Positions 34,701-47,407 are shown, numbered from the whole stretch's first letter. The stretch: 63,186 nt of DNA, filler included, from Diploschistes diacapsis (GCA_023645945.1; 21 parts of 21 records of this genome joined end to end with filler, not necessarily neighbours in it), one strand, 5' to 3'. Numbers and translations are program-made. Notes: generated by a model not told the origin, from the letters alone.

Positions 34701-36130
34701 GTATTAACGAGGGGGCTTATCGTAACGATGCTGTCATTCTCCGCGAACCTTTCCCGGCGACGCTTCGGCTTAAGATTCCCACACCTGCTTCCATCATTCC
34801 TTCGCTTACGCCTCGTTGCATGAACGTTTGCTATGCAAGAACAAGATTAGCTGGAGGGTGTAGGCGCAAGTCAAAGAGACTCATCTAAGCTTCCTCTTTG
34901 ATGGCACCATTTCTGGAAGTCATATCTCGGGCCAGCTTGCGTGGAAGGATGTCTACTCATCTTACTCGGTCTTCGCAGAAATGCGCCCATTCCCCTAAAA
35001 ACTGCGGATGAATCCGGCGGCAGGTTACCGGCGTCCGGTCTGTAAGCCTCTGTGCTCCTGGTCCCTCTACCCAATCGTTTCAGAACCAAGTTGGGCTGAA
35101 GCAGCCGTTTGTTTCGTAAAGTAGGCTTGAAAGTCTGCGACTTCTTGAAGACCCTCCTGCAGTCTAATACATATGTTTGCTGGAGCTTCTCTGGGGTTAG
35201 ATACCACACACTGGAAATTGCCGGCTCTATCCCTTTCTTCGATTGTACAGAATTGATGTACTGAACAAACAGAAGTCGAGGACTGGATGAGAATGTGAGC
35301 TTGTGTCCGATCCCCTCTTGCTTATAGGCGCTACGATGAGAGCCGAAATATTGATTGGCTATTGCTGCTATATTAGAATTAAGATAAACTAGACAGTGGT
35401 CAAAGCCAAAGTAAGAAAAGGCCATGGAAATAAAGATGACAAGATGGCCGACAGGTGAGTAACATGCTCAGGGGTGCTATCGTAAGTTCACTTACTACCT
35501 ACCGATAATAATACCGACTGCCCGGCACAGTCATAAAAGTTGCAATATATCAGATCGTGCGCGCATCCTTGTACTACTCCATGGATCGGTTATATGTATT
35601 ACCGTCGATGTCAGGGATCATTTGCCAGAAAACGGGGATCTTGTATGATTCAGGGAAATGTGCGACGGTTCATCGACCTCAGAAAGAATAGGAGGCTGGT
35701 ATTTTGCCTTTCTCATCGAAAATGGAGGGTAAAAGTAGAGGCAAAAACGTAGAATACGGGGCGTTACGATAGTACAAGAAAGAGCAAAGAGCGATGACCT
35801 ACACTAACTGTGGCGAGTCCAGTAGTAAGAAGCGGCGATACAAAGGTACGCAAGCTGAGGCCAATCTAAGGCGACGTGAAGGAGTTTCAAGCCCTGATGA
35901 TACCCTGAAAAGGTGAGCGCGAGGTTGACAAGATCACGAAGATACTTGACAAAGAAGTCGTCGTCAAATCCGGTTCATGCCAAGACCGGCGGTTTGCTGA
36001 GAGCTCAAGCTTTTCTTGAACAACTCATTCTTTATTATTGTCTCCTCCGGCTCACTCATGCAACTTCATGCCCCAGCGAACTATTCACGATTCATCCTAC
36101 TAGTCATTGAGTACTTTCTGTTACAGCGAC

Positions 36131-37358
36131 ATGGCATCTGGATCCCGCAGTCCTTCACGAGGTCGAAGCCGTACGCGCACTCCTGATCAGGGCGCACGTC
36201 CTACCTCTCAAACTCCATCCAGATCCCGCACCCCTCGTCGCACAGTCTCTCCACGATCGGTCTCGTGCTCACGGTCGCCTTCTCGTACAGGTTCAGACCG
36301 TTACCACAGGAACGGACGCGGAACGCGCAGCAAAAGTCCAATAAGGGATCGAAGCAGCGAAGACCGGCGGTTCCGTGAAAGGAGTGCTGGGCGCAGTCGC
36401 ACACGCAGTCGTAGCATTGGGAGGGATAATGCTCCGTTGAAGAGCACTAAAGTAAGTGCTGTAAACATTTTAGAGGCTTCAAGCATGTACTAACAAGCTT
36501 AGGTCGTGGTAGAGAAGCTCACTAAGAATGTTAATGAGGGTCACCTTCAAGAGATCTTTGGGTCGTACGGCTCAATCAAAGATATAGACCTTCCAATGAA
36601 CCGGCAATGTCAGTCAAGCTCTCAATTCCCTTTGCCCTGTGTTTGCCCAGCCAATTCCACGCCCCAGCCTCTAACCCTTCCGTGATGCTAACTGATCCCT
36701 CACTGCAGTCAATACGAACCGCGGCACCGCATACATAGTCTACGCCGATACCGCTTCAGCAGAGTCCGCCATCGCTCATATGCATGAAGCGCAACTCGAT
36801 GGCGCCGTCATCAACGTATCCGTCGTTCTTCCTCGTCGCAAGTTCTCCGGGTCTCCACCACCCGCCACCCGCGGCATCCCACCGGTGTACGCTGACCGTG
36901 ATCGTGAGCGCCCTCCACCGCCACCATCATACCGAGATCGGGTGCCGCCGCCTGCACACTACGGTAACGGCCCACCACGGTATCGCTCACCTCCACCACC
37001 TCGGCGCAGAACACCCCCTCCGCCACGAAGCTACGGCGGCGGGCGCTCAAGAGACTACAATCGGGATGGTGGCTATCACCGTGGAAAGGGCCGGGCAAGG
37101 AGCAGGAGCTATAGCAAGAGCAGGAGTCGCAGTTATAGCAGCAGGAGCAGGAGCCGCACACGAAGCAGGAGCCCACCGAGACGGTACGCTAGGAGAGGGA
37201 GTCCGACACCACCACCACCACTACCGCCGAGTAGAGGCAGAGGAGGACCACCACCGCGCAGAAGACGCAGCCCGAGCTATAGTTCGTATAGTAGCTACAG
37301 TCGCAGCAGAAGTCGGACGAGGAGCAGGAGCAGGGATAGGTATGGACGAAGGAGATGA
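36131..37358 (+). CDS. RNPS1: RNPS1-like SR/RRM splicing and EJC-associated protein, 3 exons
   Basis: RS-rich termini; RRM VVVEKLTKNVNEGHLQEIFGSYG...NRGTAYIVY...AIAHMHEAQLDG; two GT-AG introns. Confidence 0.92.
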
Positions 37359-38061
37359 AGGTGTGATGGCTGCAGTGGAGAAGATGCGCGCGGGTAAGAG
37401 GAGAAACAACAAAAACAACGACAACAACAAAACCGGCCTCGCTGCACTAACCATGGCAATCAATACTTGAGGTTGATCTGGCATGGTTTGCTAGTTGAGG
37501 GGGCCTTTATCAAGAACAATGCACAAGCCGATTGCAAGGCTGAGGCCACACGCTGGTCATATACGTGCTGTCATTGCTGAAGTCTAGCTGCCTTCCCGGC
37601 TCGTAAAATGTAAGATAGATGTTATTTGAAAGCCTAGGAAGCAAGGAAAACGAAGACCAAGTATTGATTTCGGCTCAGTTTTTACTGCTCAGTTTTTACT
37701 GTTGTAGCGAACTTTCTATTTTCTAAGAGGTACAGGCTTTGCATATCAGGGTGTTAAGGTGACAAGAGAATTGAAGTAACTTTTATACAAGCTTCACAGG
37801 TCAGGTTGTTGGCTGCAAGGAAAGCAGAGCTATTTCCGGGGTCTTGTTATTCCCTTCAGCGCTCCATACAACTACTGTAGGCTGACATTTAAGTAATTCT
37901 CAAACCTGAAAAGCGACACACCAAACTCTGATGAGCTCTAAAGAGAAATGAAATTCAGATTATGTAGTATCCCTGACTCGTACATCCCAAGAGCCTCCAA
38001 TCTTGCGACTCAAGCCCTACATCACCGTCCACTTTAATTCCAAGACCACGGTGCCACAGCC

Positions 38062-38969
38062 ATGTCCCTCTCAGAATACCTAGCAAGGAACTACCTCACC
38101 GCCGACTCAAAGCCCGAGAAGAAGTCCAAGAAGCGCAAGCGGAAAGACTTCTCCGAGGGCGTCACCATCGCAGAGGACGATGTATCCGGCTGGAAAACAG
38201 CCGGGACTCGGCAAGAAGACGATGACGACGGACCCCTAACAGGTACTTTACCACCCCCTACCATCCTCCAAGGGCTCACGAGCCAAAAGGAGTGAAGCTG
38301 ACACCGGTACCCCTCGGGGGCGCGCCAGTATCCTCCTCCCGGTCCGCCGAGTTCCGCCGATCCAAATCGTCCAACTGGCAGACCCTTTCCGGCGCGCCAG
38401 CCTCCCAGCCGCCTCGCTCTGCCCGCCCTCCTGCCGCGACTCGTGGAAGCCGCGGCGCAGCTGCAGCCGCCGCCGCCGCCGATGCGATCCTCGCCTCCGC
38501 GGCCGCCGAGTCTGCCGCCGCAGCCGCCGCCACCGCCCAGGACGAAGCGCCCGCCCTGGACCCCTTGTCCGCCACTGCACACCCGCGCTACGGCCTGCAG
38601 ACTGCCTCCCAGCTCGCGGCCCAGCTCGCCTCCTCCTCCTCCTCCGCGCCAACCGCAAACCCCATCGACGACGCCCGCGCCGCCGCCGCCATGGGCAAGG
38701 GCCAAGAAACAATATACCGCGACGCTTCCGGGCGCGTGATTAACGTGGCGATGAAGCGGGCGGAAGCCCGGGCGAAGGCTGCGGAGAAGGAGAGGGAGGA
38801 GGAGGAGGAGAGGGAGGCGGCGAAGGGGGACGTGCAGAGAAGGGAGAAAGAGGAGAGGAAGAGAGTGCTGGAGGAGGCGCGGTTCATGCCGTTTGCGAGG
38901 GGGGTCGAGGACGAGGACATGAACAGGGAGTTGAAGGATAGGGCGAGATGGGGGGATCCGGGGGCGGCC
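38062..38969 (+). CDS. BUD13: Pre-mRNA splicing factor Bud13/Cwc26, 3'-truncated
   Basis: MSLSEYLARNYLTAD, YGLQT, GQETIYRDASGR, KGDVQ, MPFARGVEDEDMNRELKDRARWGDP; one intron at about 38243-38328. Confidence 0.92.
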
Positions 38970-39069
38970 NNNNNNNNNNNNNNNNNNNNNNNNNNNNNNN
39001 NNNNNNNNNNNNNTTAATTAATTAANNNNNNNNNNNNNNNNNNNNNNNNNNNNNNNNNNNNNNNNNNNN

Positions 39070-39506
39070 GTTAGGTCCCCCCCATATCTCACCAAAATCG
39101 ATCAACTTTGTACCCAAACATCTTCCCCAGCAATGTGCCAAATCGGAAATTTAAAGCTTTATAAAGAACTTTAAGAGCGTTTATGTACAAGAGATTTTTT
39201 ACGAAATTTCTATAACAATTTCTTGAGTGCCTAATATGGGGTTAAACATTTAAGAAAAATGATCCCCGCCAAAAATCGCGGTTACGGTGCAGTAACTGTA
39301 CCCTCGCTTTTTTCAGTCGCATCTTACGGCCCCCAGGAAAATGTAAAATTTTTTTAAAAAAAAGCGAATACATATTTGAAGCTTTTAAAAGACTCTTGTT
39401 TTTTTGGGGTTTTTTTTAAAAACGTTTTCGCAAAAATATAGGGGCTAAAAAAGGGACTTTTTTGGTGAGAAATGGGGGGGACCTAACTACTTTTGGCATA
39501 GTACTG
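39070..39506. mobile_element. Tc1/mariner-type MITE (left TIR cut by contig start)
   Basis: GTTAGGTCCCCCCATATCTCACCAAAA at the start is inverted at the end (...GGGGACCTAACTACTTTTGGCATAGTACTG-TA), giving a CAGT-type terminus. Confidence 0.75.
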
Positions 39507-39598
39507 TATCTCACGTGTTTGACGGTCAGCTCGGCCACCCCCAAAGCTCGGCCACTTTTGCCAAGAAATATTTTAAATCTTTAATAACTGTTCGAATT

Positions 39599-40246
39599 TG
39601 TTGAGCAACGTAATGGATATATTGAAGTCTAGAGGTCTTATCCTAGGAAGTATCCTACTTTGCAGACTTTGATCCTTCACGGTGGGTGCTAAGCCCTACT
39701 ACCCTTACTATTCCCGAACCGATCTAGTCAGAATCCCAGCAAATTTAGGAAGGAAGTTCACTTAAACTGAACTTCCCGGTTACCCGAACTGAACCTTCCG
39801 GAATTAAATCGAACCTATCATGCCTTCTATCTATCCGCCCAATATTTCCTTACAGACGAAATCATTTAATATATCTAATTTAACTAGATCTTTTGATTTA
39901 GGCCGAGTTTCTCGCTTCGAATAATAAAACGGTCTCGTACGCTAAAAATAAGCCGCTTATTAAATAACTTATTTTTTATTTTATTACCCTTTTTTTTGAT
40001 CGAATAGGTTCAGTCTTAATTTAATTAAACTTCGATAATTATCGAAAGATTCGATTAAGTCTAACGACGATAAACTAAATATCTGTTGAGCAGGCAGGCA
40101 GAATGCATGGCTGGGAAGTTCAGCTGAACCTCAGGTTCAGGTTCAGTTCAGCTGAACCTACTAAGATTCCTATTAATCCTAATCGGAAATAATACAAGTT
40201 TATAAAACTTAATAAATCCTATTAATATAAAAACTTATATATAAAC
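39599..40246 (+). mobile_element. TGTTG-starting (Copia-like) LTR fragments, RIP-mutated
   Basis: TGTTGAGCAACGTAATGGATATATTGAAGTCTAGAGG also occurs at 58819 and inverted ending at 62463. Related TGTTGAGCAGGCAGGCAGAATGC occurs at 40084 and 63076. The first copy interrupts a MITE end starting at 39513. Confidence 0.65.
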
Positions 40247-40741
40247 NNNNNNNNNNNNNNNNNNNNNNNNNNNNNNNNNNNNNNNNNNNNTTAATTAATT
40301 AANNNNNNNNNNNNNNNNNNNNNNNNNNNNNNNNNNNNNNNNNNNNTAATTAACCGACGATAATTAATATCCCGTTACTAATTTCGAAAATATTTTCGAT
40401 ATTTTACGGGAATTTTATTAATTACATCCCGAAAAGATTAAATTTTATCACTAACAACGCTTATGAATAGTCAGTTAACACCAATAAAAACTATAAACGA
40501 AAACGAACTTTTAAAATAAAAAATATCGATTATTACGAAGTTCACGTTCCTTTATAAAACCTAAAAATATATTTAATTAAAACCGACGTTGAAAAAGGGT
40601 TTAAAATACGGGGAATATTTATTACGAAAAAATAACGATTATCTTTTTAAATAAATCATATTAAAAAACTAAGATCGAAATTTAATTTATTTAAACAACG
40701 TAACGTTTATAAAAGACACAAGTATCTAAAAAAGAAGATAA

Positions 40742-41032
40742 TGAAATAACTCAATCTAGATACCTATCAAGATCATTTAAAAATCAAGAACAGGTCCTAC
40801 CGGGGATAACCGCTACCAACCGCTTTAACGATGTGTTAGGAGGTCGGCGTGTAAACGGATAGTGACCGAAACCCAATAGGACTGGCATTTATACTATTTT
40901 CTTATTTAGATAGTTTCTTCTTTAGCTTTTCGAATCAAGACCTTTTACTTCCAGATGTCCAGTTACACGTAATCCTTCCGGATCAGGCTCAGCCCCCGGT
41001 AGTTGAGCACCCATTCCTGCGCTGGCGTTTCA
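40742..41032 (+). mobile_element. LTR family B copy preceded by a purine-rich tract (probable 3' LTR)
   Basis: Reverse-complement match to 45617-45913; ends GGCGTTTCA. Confidence 0.7.
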
Positions 41033-41119
41033 GGGGGTTAATATTAACGAACGAATATCAATCTCGATTCTGCCGTTCAATATAAACTAAATAACGCTTC
41101 ATCACGAAAAGTTTTTGGC

Positions 41120-41300
41120 GGCGAAACACTGCGAAAATCCGCGAAGTTGGCGAAACTGGCGAAACCGGCGAGGTGGGCGACAGATAATGCGTTCAAGCGA
41201 CTCGCCAACTTTCGCCAAAAGGTTTGGCGAAACACGGCGAAACTGGCGAAACCAGCGAAACCGGCGAAATTAACGAAACTAATAAAAACCGGCGAAGATG
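41120..41300. repeat. GGCGAAACT-type 9-bp repeat cluster
   Basis: More than ten GCGAA motifs, largely at 9-bp spacing, with a few inverted TTCGCC copies. Confidence 0.7.
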
Positions 41301-41700
41301 ACGAGGTCAATCAGTTTTTTATTAATATATTATATAAATAAATAAAAATTAATAATTATAATATAATATTAATAATATTAATAATAATAATTAATTAATG
41401 ATTATATAATCATAATCATGTAATTATTTAATTATTATTATTACTATATTATATAAAGTATTTTCGCTAAGTTAATAAATTATTAATAATACTCGAGTTA
41501 ATTAATACTAGTAGTATCGGATNNNNNNNNNNNNNNNNNNNNNNNNNNNNNNNNNNNNNNNNNNNNTTAATTAATTAANNNNNNNNNNNNNNNNNNNNNN
41601 NNNNNNNNNNNNNNNNNNNNNNATATTCTATTCCCGATATTTCGAATTAGCACATCTAAATACATCGTTATAAGAAACCTTCTACTTCGAACCTGATAAC

Positions 41701-41845
41701 GAGAACGAATACGAAGTTAAGAAGATTTTAAATAATAATTTTAAAAGATTTTTTATTAAATAAAAAGGATACCCATCGGAATAGAACACGTGAAAATCCT
41801 TAAAAAACTTAAACAATTACGGGAACAAAATAAAAGAATATTATA
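41701..41845 (+). mobile_element. RIP-mutated chromodomain of a Gypsy chromovirus integrase
   Basis: ENEYEVKKIL...FFIK*KGYPSE*NT*KSLKNL, with Trp codons converted to TAA/TGA. Confidence 0.85.
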
Positions 41846-42157
41846 GACTTATTTAATTTAAAAGGATAAGGGCTTCATCCTTTAAAGACCAATTTAACTA
41901 AACCGGCGATATTGCGGCTAGTTTTAATAATTTTAAATCAAACTCCGAAGATACGTTTTTTTAAATATTTACGTATATTTCGAACGATTCTAAATCTAAT
42001 TCTTCCGTTAAATATCTCGCTTGCGCGTCCGCACGATTTTTTATTAATTTAAGAACCTTTCGGTTACGGCGAATGCGACGTTTACGTTAGAGACGACGAT
42101 CTTTAACCTCACGGAATTATTTTTTTAACTTTTTTTTTCGTTTATCATCCTCGTCGA

Positions 42158-42611
42158 TGTTATGATCTCTATCTATACAAGGTATACACGAGTAGGATCA
42201 AGGTGGGTTTGGTTTCTGTTAAAAGAGGAGTGTGGTAAGAAAAAAAAATAGATTAGTTATAGATTTTAAACTATTTTAGAAAGAAAGTTCTTTAATAATA
42301 GAAATAATAAATATAAATTAATCTCGAGTAATAATTAAGGATATTTATAAAAATAAACACGCCTTCTTTTACGAAAGTAAAGTCGTATTTATATATAATT
42401 AATTCGCTTGCCGTTTATCGTAAATTTAACGAGCGGTGCCCTCGAGGTTTGTCGTTTATAAAAATAAACGCGATTATCGAGCGGTGGCGAAAGCTTACTC
42501 GCCGTTTATAAGAGTGAACGCGAGCAGTAAGCGCATCACGTGACCCCTGGTCCCGTGACTGACCTATATATAAATCTGGGACGTGCCAAGTCTGGTACTT
42601 GGATCGTAACA
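42158..42611 (-). mobile_element. Complete LTR of family A (454 bp)
   Basis: TGTTA...TAACA termini; matches 48643-49097 in reverse. No clear target-site duplication. Confidence 0.85.
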
Positions 42612-42898
42612 ATTTATCGCGGCTAAAATATTTTTTTAATAATCTTGTTCTTGGATCGATAATCTCGAGCGAAGTAACTTATCTTACTATATTCAAAATA
42701 TTTGTTTCCTTTAATGGAAGGTTCCCCGTTAAATCCTTTCGTCTTTTTCTTTTTATTCTGGCGGGGTTTATCTATTAAAACATCGAGATCTATAACGTNN
42801 NNNNNNNNNNNNNNNNNNNNNNNNNNNNNNNNNNNNNNNNNNTTAATTAATTAANNNNNNNNNNNNNNNNNNNNNNNNNNNNNNNNNNNNNNNNNNNN

Positions 42899-43692
42899 GT
42901 CGTAATGTTTTCGCCGTTAAGAAGCGCGTTGATATAAAAAACTAATTATATTATTTAATTAAATAAATCGCATATAATACGCTCGGAATAAATCGAATTA
43001 TTTTTAATAATTCGAAATTAAGTTATTACGAATCGAAACGTTTAAATCAATTTTATAAATATTAAATTATAATTTTATAATTTTATAATCGTGTTTAATA
43101 AGCTTATTTCGACGTATCGGACTTTATTATTTTTATTTTATAATTCTTTATTAATCACGAACCGACTCGATTTAGATTTATTCTTGTTATATAGCATTTT
43201 ATCAAATACGACCAAATTGCGAAAAATCAATAAAAAGTTTAATTAAACGTTGCGCGCCGTTTTAAAACTAATCAACCCGATTCGACGTTATTCGAATTAA
43301 ATAACCCGTATGTTTAAATCGACGTATATTGAGTTCATAACGTTTCGTAAAGAAAACTGAGAGTAAAAAACGCTTTTTAATATTCGTAAAAAACGTAAAT
43401 TAAGTAAACGAATTGAATTAAAAGGTCGTTTTGTGTTTAGTATAGATAAAGTTCTTAAGATAATAGTTCGGGTTAAATCGAGTCGAATAGTTTCGAAACG
43501 ATTTATAACGCGTAAAAAACGTCGTCGCGTTTTTAAAATTAAGAAAGATAAAGAGGAAGAAGATAGATTCGATTTAGATCGATTAGATTCTGATTACGAT
43601 AAATAGGTTGTATTTAAAAACCGTAGAATGTTAGCGGTAGTGATTTGAGGTGGCCTAGATGGGGGGGTGGCCCAACTCCCCGTCAAACACGT
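42899..43692 (+). mobile_element. RIP-mutated Fot1/Pogo transposase 3' end with right TIR
   Basis: VMFSPLRSAL, IRSE*IELF, KRIELKGRFVFSIDKVL; ends CCGTCAAACACGT-TA. A second copy lies inverted at 45046-45350. Confidence 0.85.
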
Positions 43693-44801
43693 TATATTAA
43701 TTTTTTATACGAATTTCGATTTTTGAAGACTGTAATACGATTATTTTTAATACGTTAAATGATTCTTTAGTTCGTACGCGCGTTTTTTTAATTTTTTTTC
43801 GTTTATTAAATACTTTATTCGTCGTACGAAATATCTTGATCTAGGCTGGCCGTTGCGTGCCACGGTCACTGACACGGATACTACGGCGAAAATTTTCTCG
43901 GCACGGACACTTCCACGGATACTACACTGCAGTGAAAGCACGGACACGGACATTACGGCTAAAATTTTTAAAACACGGACACTTCGACGGATATTATATT
44001 ATAATAAATGCACGGACACGGACATTACGACTAAAAATTTTAAAACACGGATACTTCCACGGATATTATATTATNNNNNNNNNNNNNNNNNNNNNNNNNN
44101 NNNNNNNNNNNNNNNNNNTTAATTAATTAANNNNNNNNNNNNNNNNNNNNNNNNNNNNNNNNNNNNNNNNNNNNCGGACACGGACATTACGGCTAAAAAT
44201 TTCAAAACACGGACACTGCCACGGCCGTGTCAGTGTCCGTGACGGCCAGCCTATATTGAATAACTTGAATTAATAACGTTTACTTTTTTCAAATATCGAT
44301 AGTCGTTAAGTCTAATTCTTTTTTAACATTCCATCTATTCGCAGCCTAATTTTCTAAATATATTTTAATTAAATTCTGTTCTTTTATCTTTTTAATGTTG
44401 GTAAATCATTTAAGAACAATTAGATGCCTTTTTTATTTATTTTTTCATATTCTTATAAACAATGTCTTTTTATTATGCCTGGAGCTTTTAGATCGTAACC
44501 TTCTCCTTACCTTTCGTAAGATGTGGAAGGGTCCTTAGACAAGTCCTTAGGTTGGCCCTCATTATAAACATAAGGCGCGCTGTCTAAGGAGACTTCCCTT
44601 GCTGTAATAGGTAGATAGTCGTAGGTGATGTAGTAGGGGAATGTAATATATTTTCGTAATTAATAGTATACCTAGGTAGGACATTTGTGAGGTATAGGAT
44701 GCATTAATTGTCTAGAGCTACCTAGCAGGCCTCCTTAAATGGAGCTGCCCTGTAGGGACCACCCCCACCAAGTCTGCGGCCTACTTTTATGTTTACAATA
44801 C

Positions 44802-45045
44802 TAGGCTGGCCGTCACGGACACGGCCGTGGCAGTGTCCGTGTTTTGAAATTTTCAGCCGTAATGTCCGTGTCCGTGCTTTTATTATAATATAATGTCCGT
44901 GGAAATATTTATATTTTAAAAATTTTAGCCGTAATATCCGTGTCCGTGCTTTTACTGCAGTATAGTGTCCGTGGAAGTGTCCGTGCCGAGAAAATTTTCG
45001 CGGTAATGTCCGTGTCAGTGACCGTGGCACGCAACGGCCAGCCTA
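44802..45045. mobile_element. hAT-like MITE with 12-bp TIR and internal CACGGA repeats
   Basis: TAGGCTGGCCGT ... ACGGCCAGCCTA. Partial copies at 43842-44074, 44175-44253 and 57539-58095. Confidence 0.8.
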
Positions 45046-45616
45046 CCGCCAACATTCTACGGTTTTAGATACAACCTATTCGTCGCAATTAGAATCTAAT
45101 CGATTCAAAACGAATCTATTTTTTTCCTTTTTATTCTTTTCGATTTTGAAAACGCGACGACATTTTTTACGCGTTATAAGTCGTTTTGAAATTATCCGAC
45201 TGGATTTAATCCGAATTATTATTTTAAAAACTTCGTTTATATTAAACATAAAACGACTTTTTAATTTAATTCGTTTATTTAATTTACGTTTTTTATAATT
45301 ATTAAGAAGCGTTTTTTATTCTCGGTTTTTTTTATGAAACGTTATAAATTNNNNNNNNNNNNNNNNNNNNNNNNNNNNNNNNNNNNNNNNNNNNTTAATT
45401 AATTAANNNNNNNNNNNNNNNNNNNNNNNNNNNNNNNNNNNNNNNNNNNNGTAATAATATAGTTTTAAACGGATAATAAATTTTATTTAAAATTAAATAT
45501 TTATTAAAAATCGATAACGTATAAATAAAATAATCGAAAAATAAAAAATATTTTAAAAAAAAAGTTAAATAATACGTGAAATTATTAAAGAAAAAACGTT
45601 TATAATTAAACTCGTA

Positions 45617-45913
45617 TGAAACGCCAGCGCAGGAATGGAATACTAAACTACCGGGGGCTGGGCCTGATCCGGAAGGATTACGTGTAGCTGGGCATCTGTA
45701 GGTAAAAGGTCTCGATTCGAAAAACTAGAGAGGAAACTATCTAAATTCAAAGGTGGCAGGAATAAATAGTGTGTGGGTGCCAGCCCTACGGGGTTCGGGT
45801 TCTACCCGCCTACACAGCCACCCCCTAACATCCTTGGCACGGTTGGTACCCGTCATGTGACCCTGCCATCATGTAACCCCGGTGGCTTGGCACGCCTGGG
45901 CTGATCTGTCTCA
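45617..45913 (-). mobile_element. Solo LTR family B (297 bp) with 5-bp target-site duplication
   Basis: TG...CA termini flanked by TCGTA at 45612-45616 and 45914-45918. Another copy starts at 46390. Confidence 0.9.
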
Positions 45914-46726
45914 TCGTATGGGAAAATTTAATCGTTCTTCGGAACGATATATTTTTTTATAATCGAATTAATATCGATTTCGACGGTCGGACAAAAGTAC
46001 AGGAAAAGTAGTACCTTCGCGGAAATATTATAATCTCGAATGTAATACGATTCGCCGAGGTCGAGGACCGCGTTTTCATTAAAATGTTAACGTAATAATT
46101 ATTAGCGATTCGTTTTAAAACACGGACTAGAAAATCGATCGATGACGCGATTATTCGAGTATTAAATTCGAACGCGTAATAAAAATAAACGGATATAAAA
46201 ATTTCCGGACGTATTATCGATCGATTTTAATATCTACGAATGAATTTAAATATAAACGCCGCCGATCGAATTCGAAAAATAATAAATTATATATAAATAA
46301 AATAAAATTAAACGAAATTTTAATAAAAAATCGTAATAACGTTAACGTATAAATCGATCGTTAAATATACGTATAAGATCGAAAGATAATGAAACGCCAG
46401 CGCAGGAATGGGTTACTACACTACCGGGGGCTGGGCCTGATCCGGAAGGATTACGTGTAGCTGGGCATCTGCAGGTAAAAGGTCTCGATTCGAAAAGCTG
46501 AAGAAGAAACTATCTAGGTGGGAGGAGGGCACCGTTAAGTAGTGTGGGTGCCAGACCTACCAGGGTTCGGGGACTACCCGTCTACACAGCCACCCCCTGA
46601 CCCTGCCGTGTCTTGGCAAGCATCTGNNNNNNNNNNNNNNNNNNNNNNNNNNNNNNNNNNNNNNNNNNNNTTAATTAATTAANNNNNNNNNNNNNNNNNN
46701 NNNNNNNNNNNNNNNNNNNNNNNNNN

Positions 46727-46975
46727 ATGTGGTGGAGGATGGATCGGGGTCAGGGAGGCGATGTTTCACTTGGACTTGGAGCCGGGTTTTCACGCTGGAG
46801 CGTGGGTTAGCGGGAGATTTTACTAGGGGTTATGGGCGGGAAGCAAGCAAGAACTGAAAGGGAGCTGGTACATGTCGAGCGGATAGACAATGGCATTCGC
46901 CATGACGGCGCCTGTCGCGCCGGCTACGGCTGTGCCCCATGGCGGGAGTGGCGGCAGTTTCGCATTGGAAGCCAT
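46727..46975 (-). CDS. ANT1: Peroxisomal adenine nucleotide carrier, 5' fragment
   Basis: MASNAKLPPLPPWGTAVAGATGAVMANAIVYPLDI|VKTRLQVQVK, carrying the carrier signature PxDxxKxR across a GT-AG intron. Confidence 0.85.
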
Positions 46976-47407
46976 TGTGGCAGGAGGCTTAAAGGGAAGG
47001 AGGAACTAAAGGGAAGGAGGAACGAAAGGGTGGAAGAGGAGAGGGCTCGGGAGGAGATCAAAAGGTTCAGTTTATGACGGAGCTCTTCAGTCGTCACATT
47101 TGCCGAGGTTGATTCGACGCTCCCGATACTGGGCTAGCGGCAGACAACCTCCGAGCTGTAACGGAATGACCTTGTATCTGACATGCATTTGGTAACGCAT
47201 TATCTACTGTGAAAGAGCTCTGATGAAAAACGCGAAGACAATAAAAAGCAGTTCAATTGACATTGCTGGTTTATGGCATTTGATACGGCATGACCCAGAC
47301 CATGCCTGAGCCTCTACAGCGGATGTTGCAAAGCACATTTCTCACAGACAGAATAAATGCAACGATGTGACGTATCGCTTCCTCTGGCGAAACGGCTTAC
47401 ATCGCCC

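Noticed and set aside
21995..35450. Starship or other giant transposon carrying the island
   Set aside because: No DUF3435 tyrosine recombinase, DUF3723 gene or boundary repeats are visible.
37674..37701. 14-bp tandem duplication CTCAGTTTTTACTG (similar short duplications near 26720 and 29361)
   Set aside because: Ordinary slippage duplications with no further support.
43842..44253. One continuous MITE spanning the linker at 44075-44174
   Set aside because: The two halves are on separate size-sorted contigs of a multicopy family, so continuity cannot be assumed.
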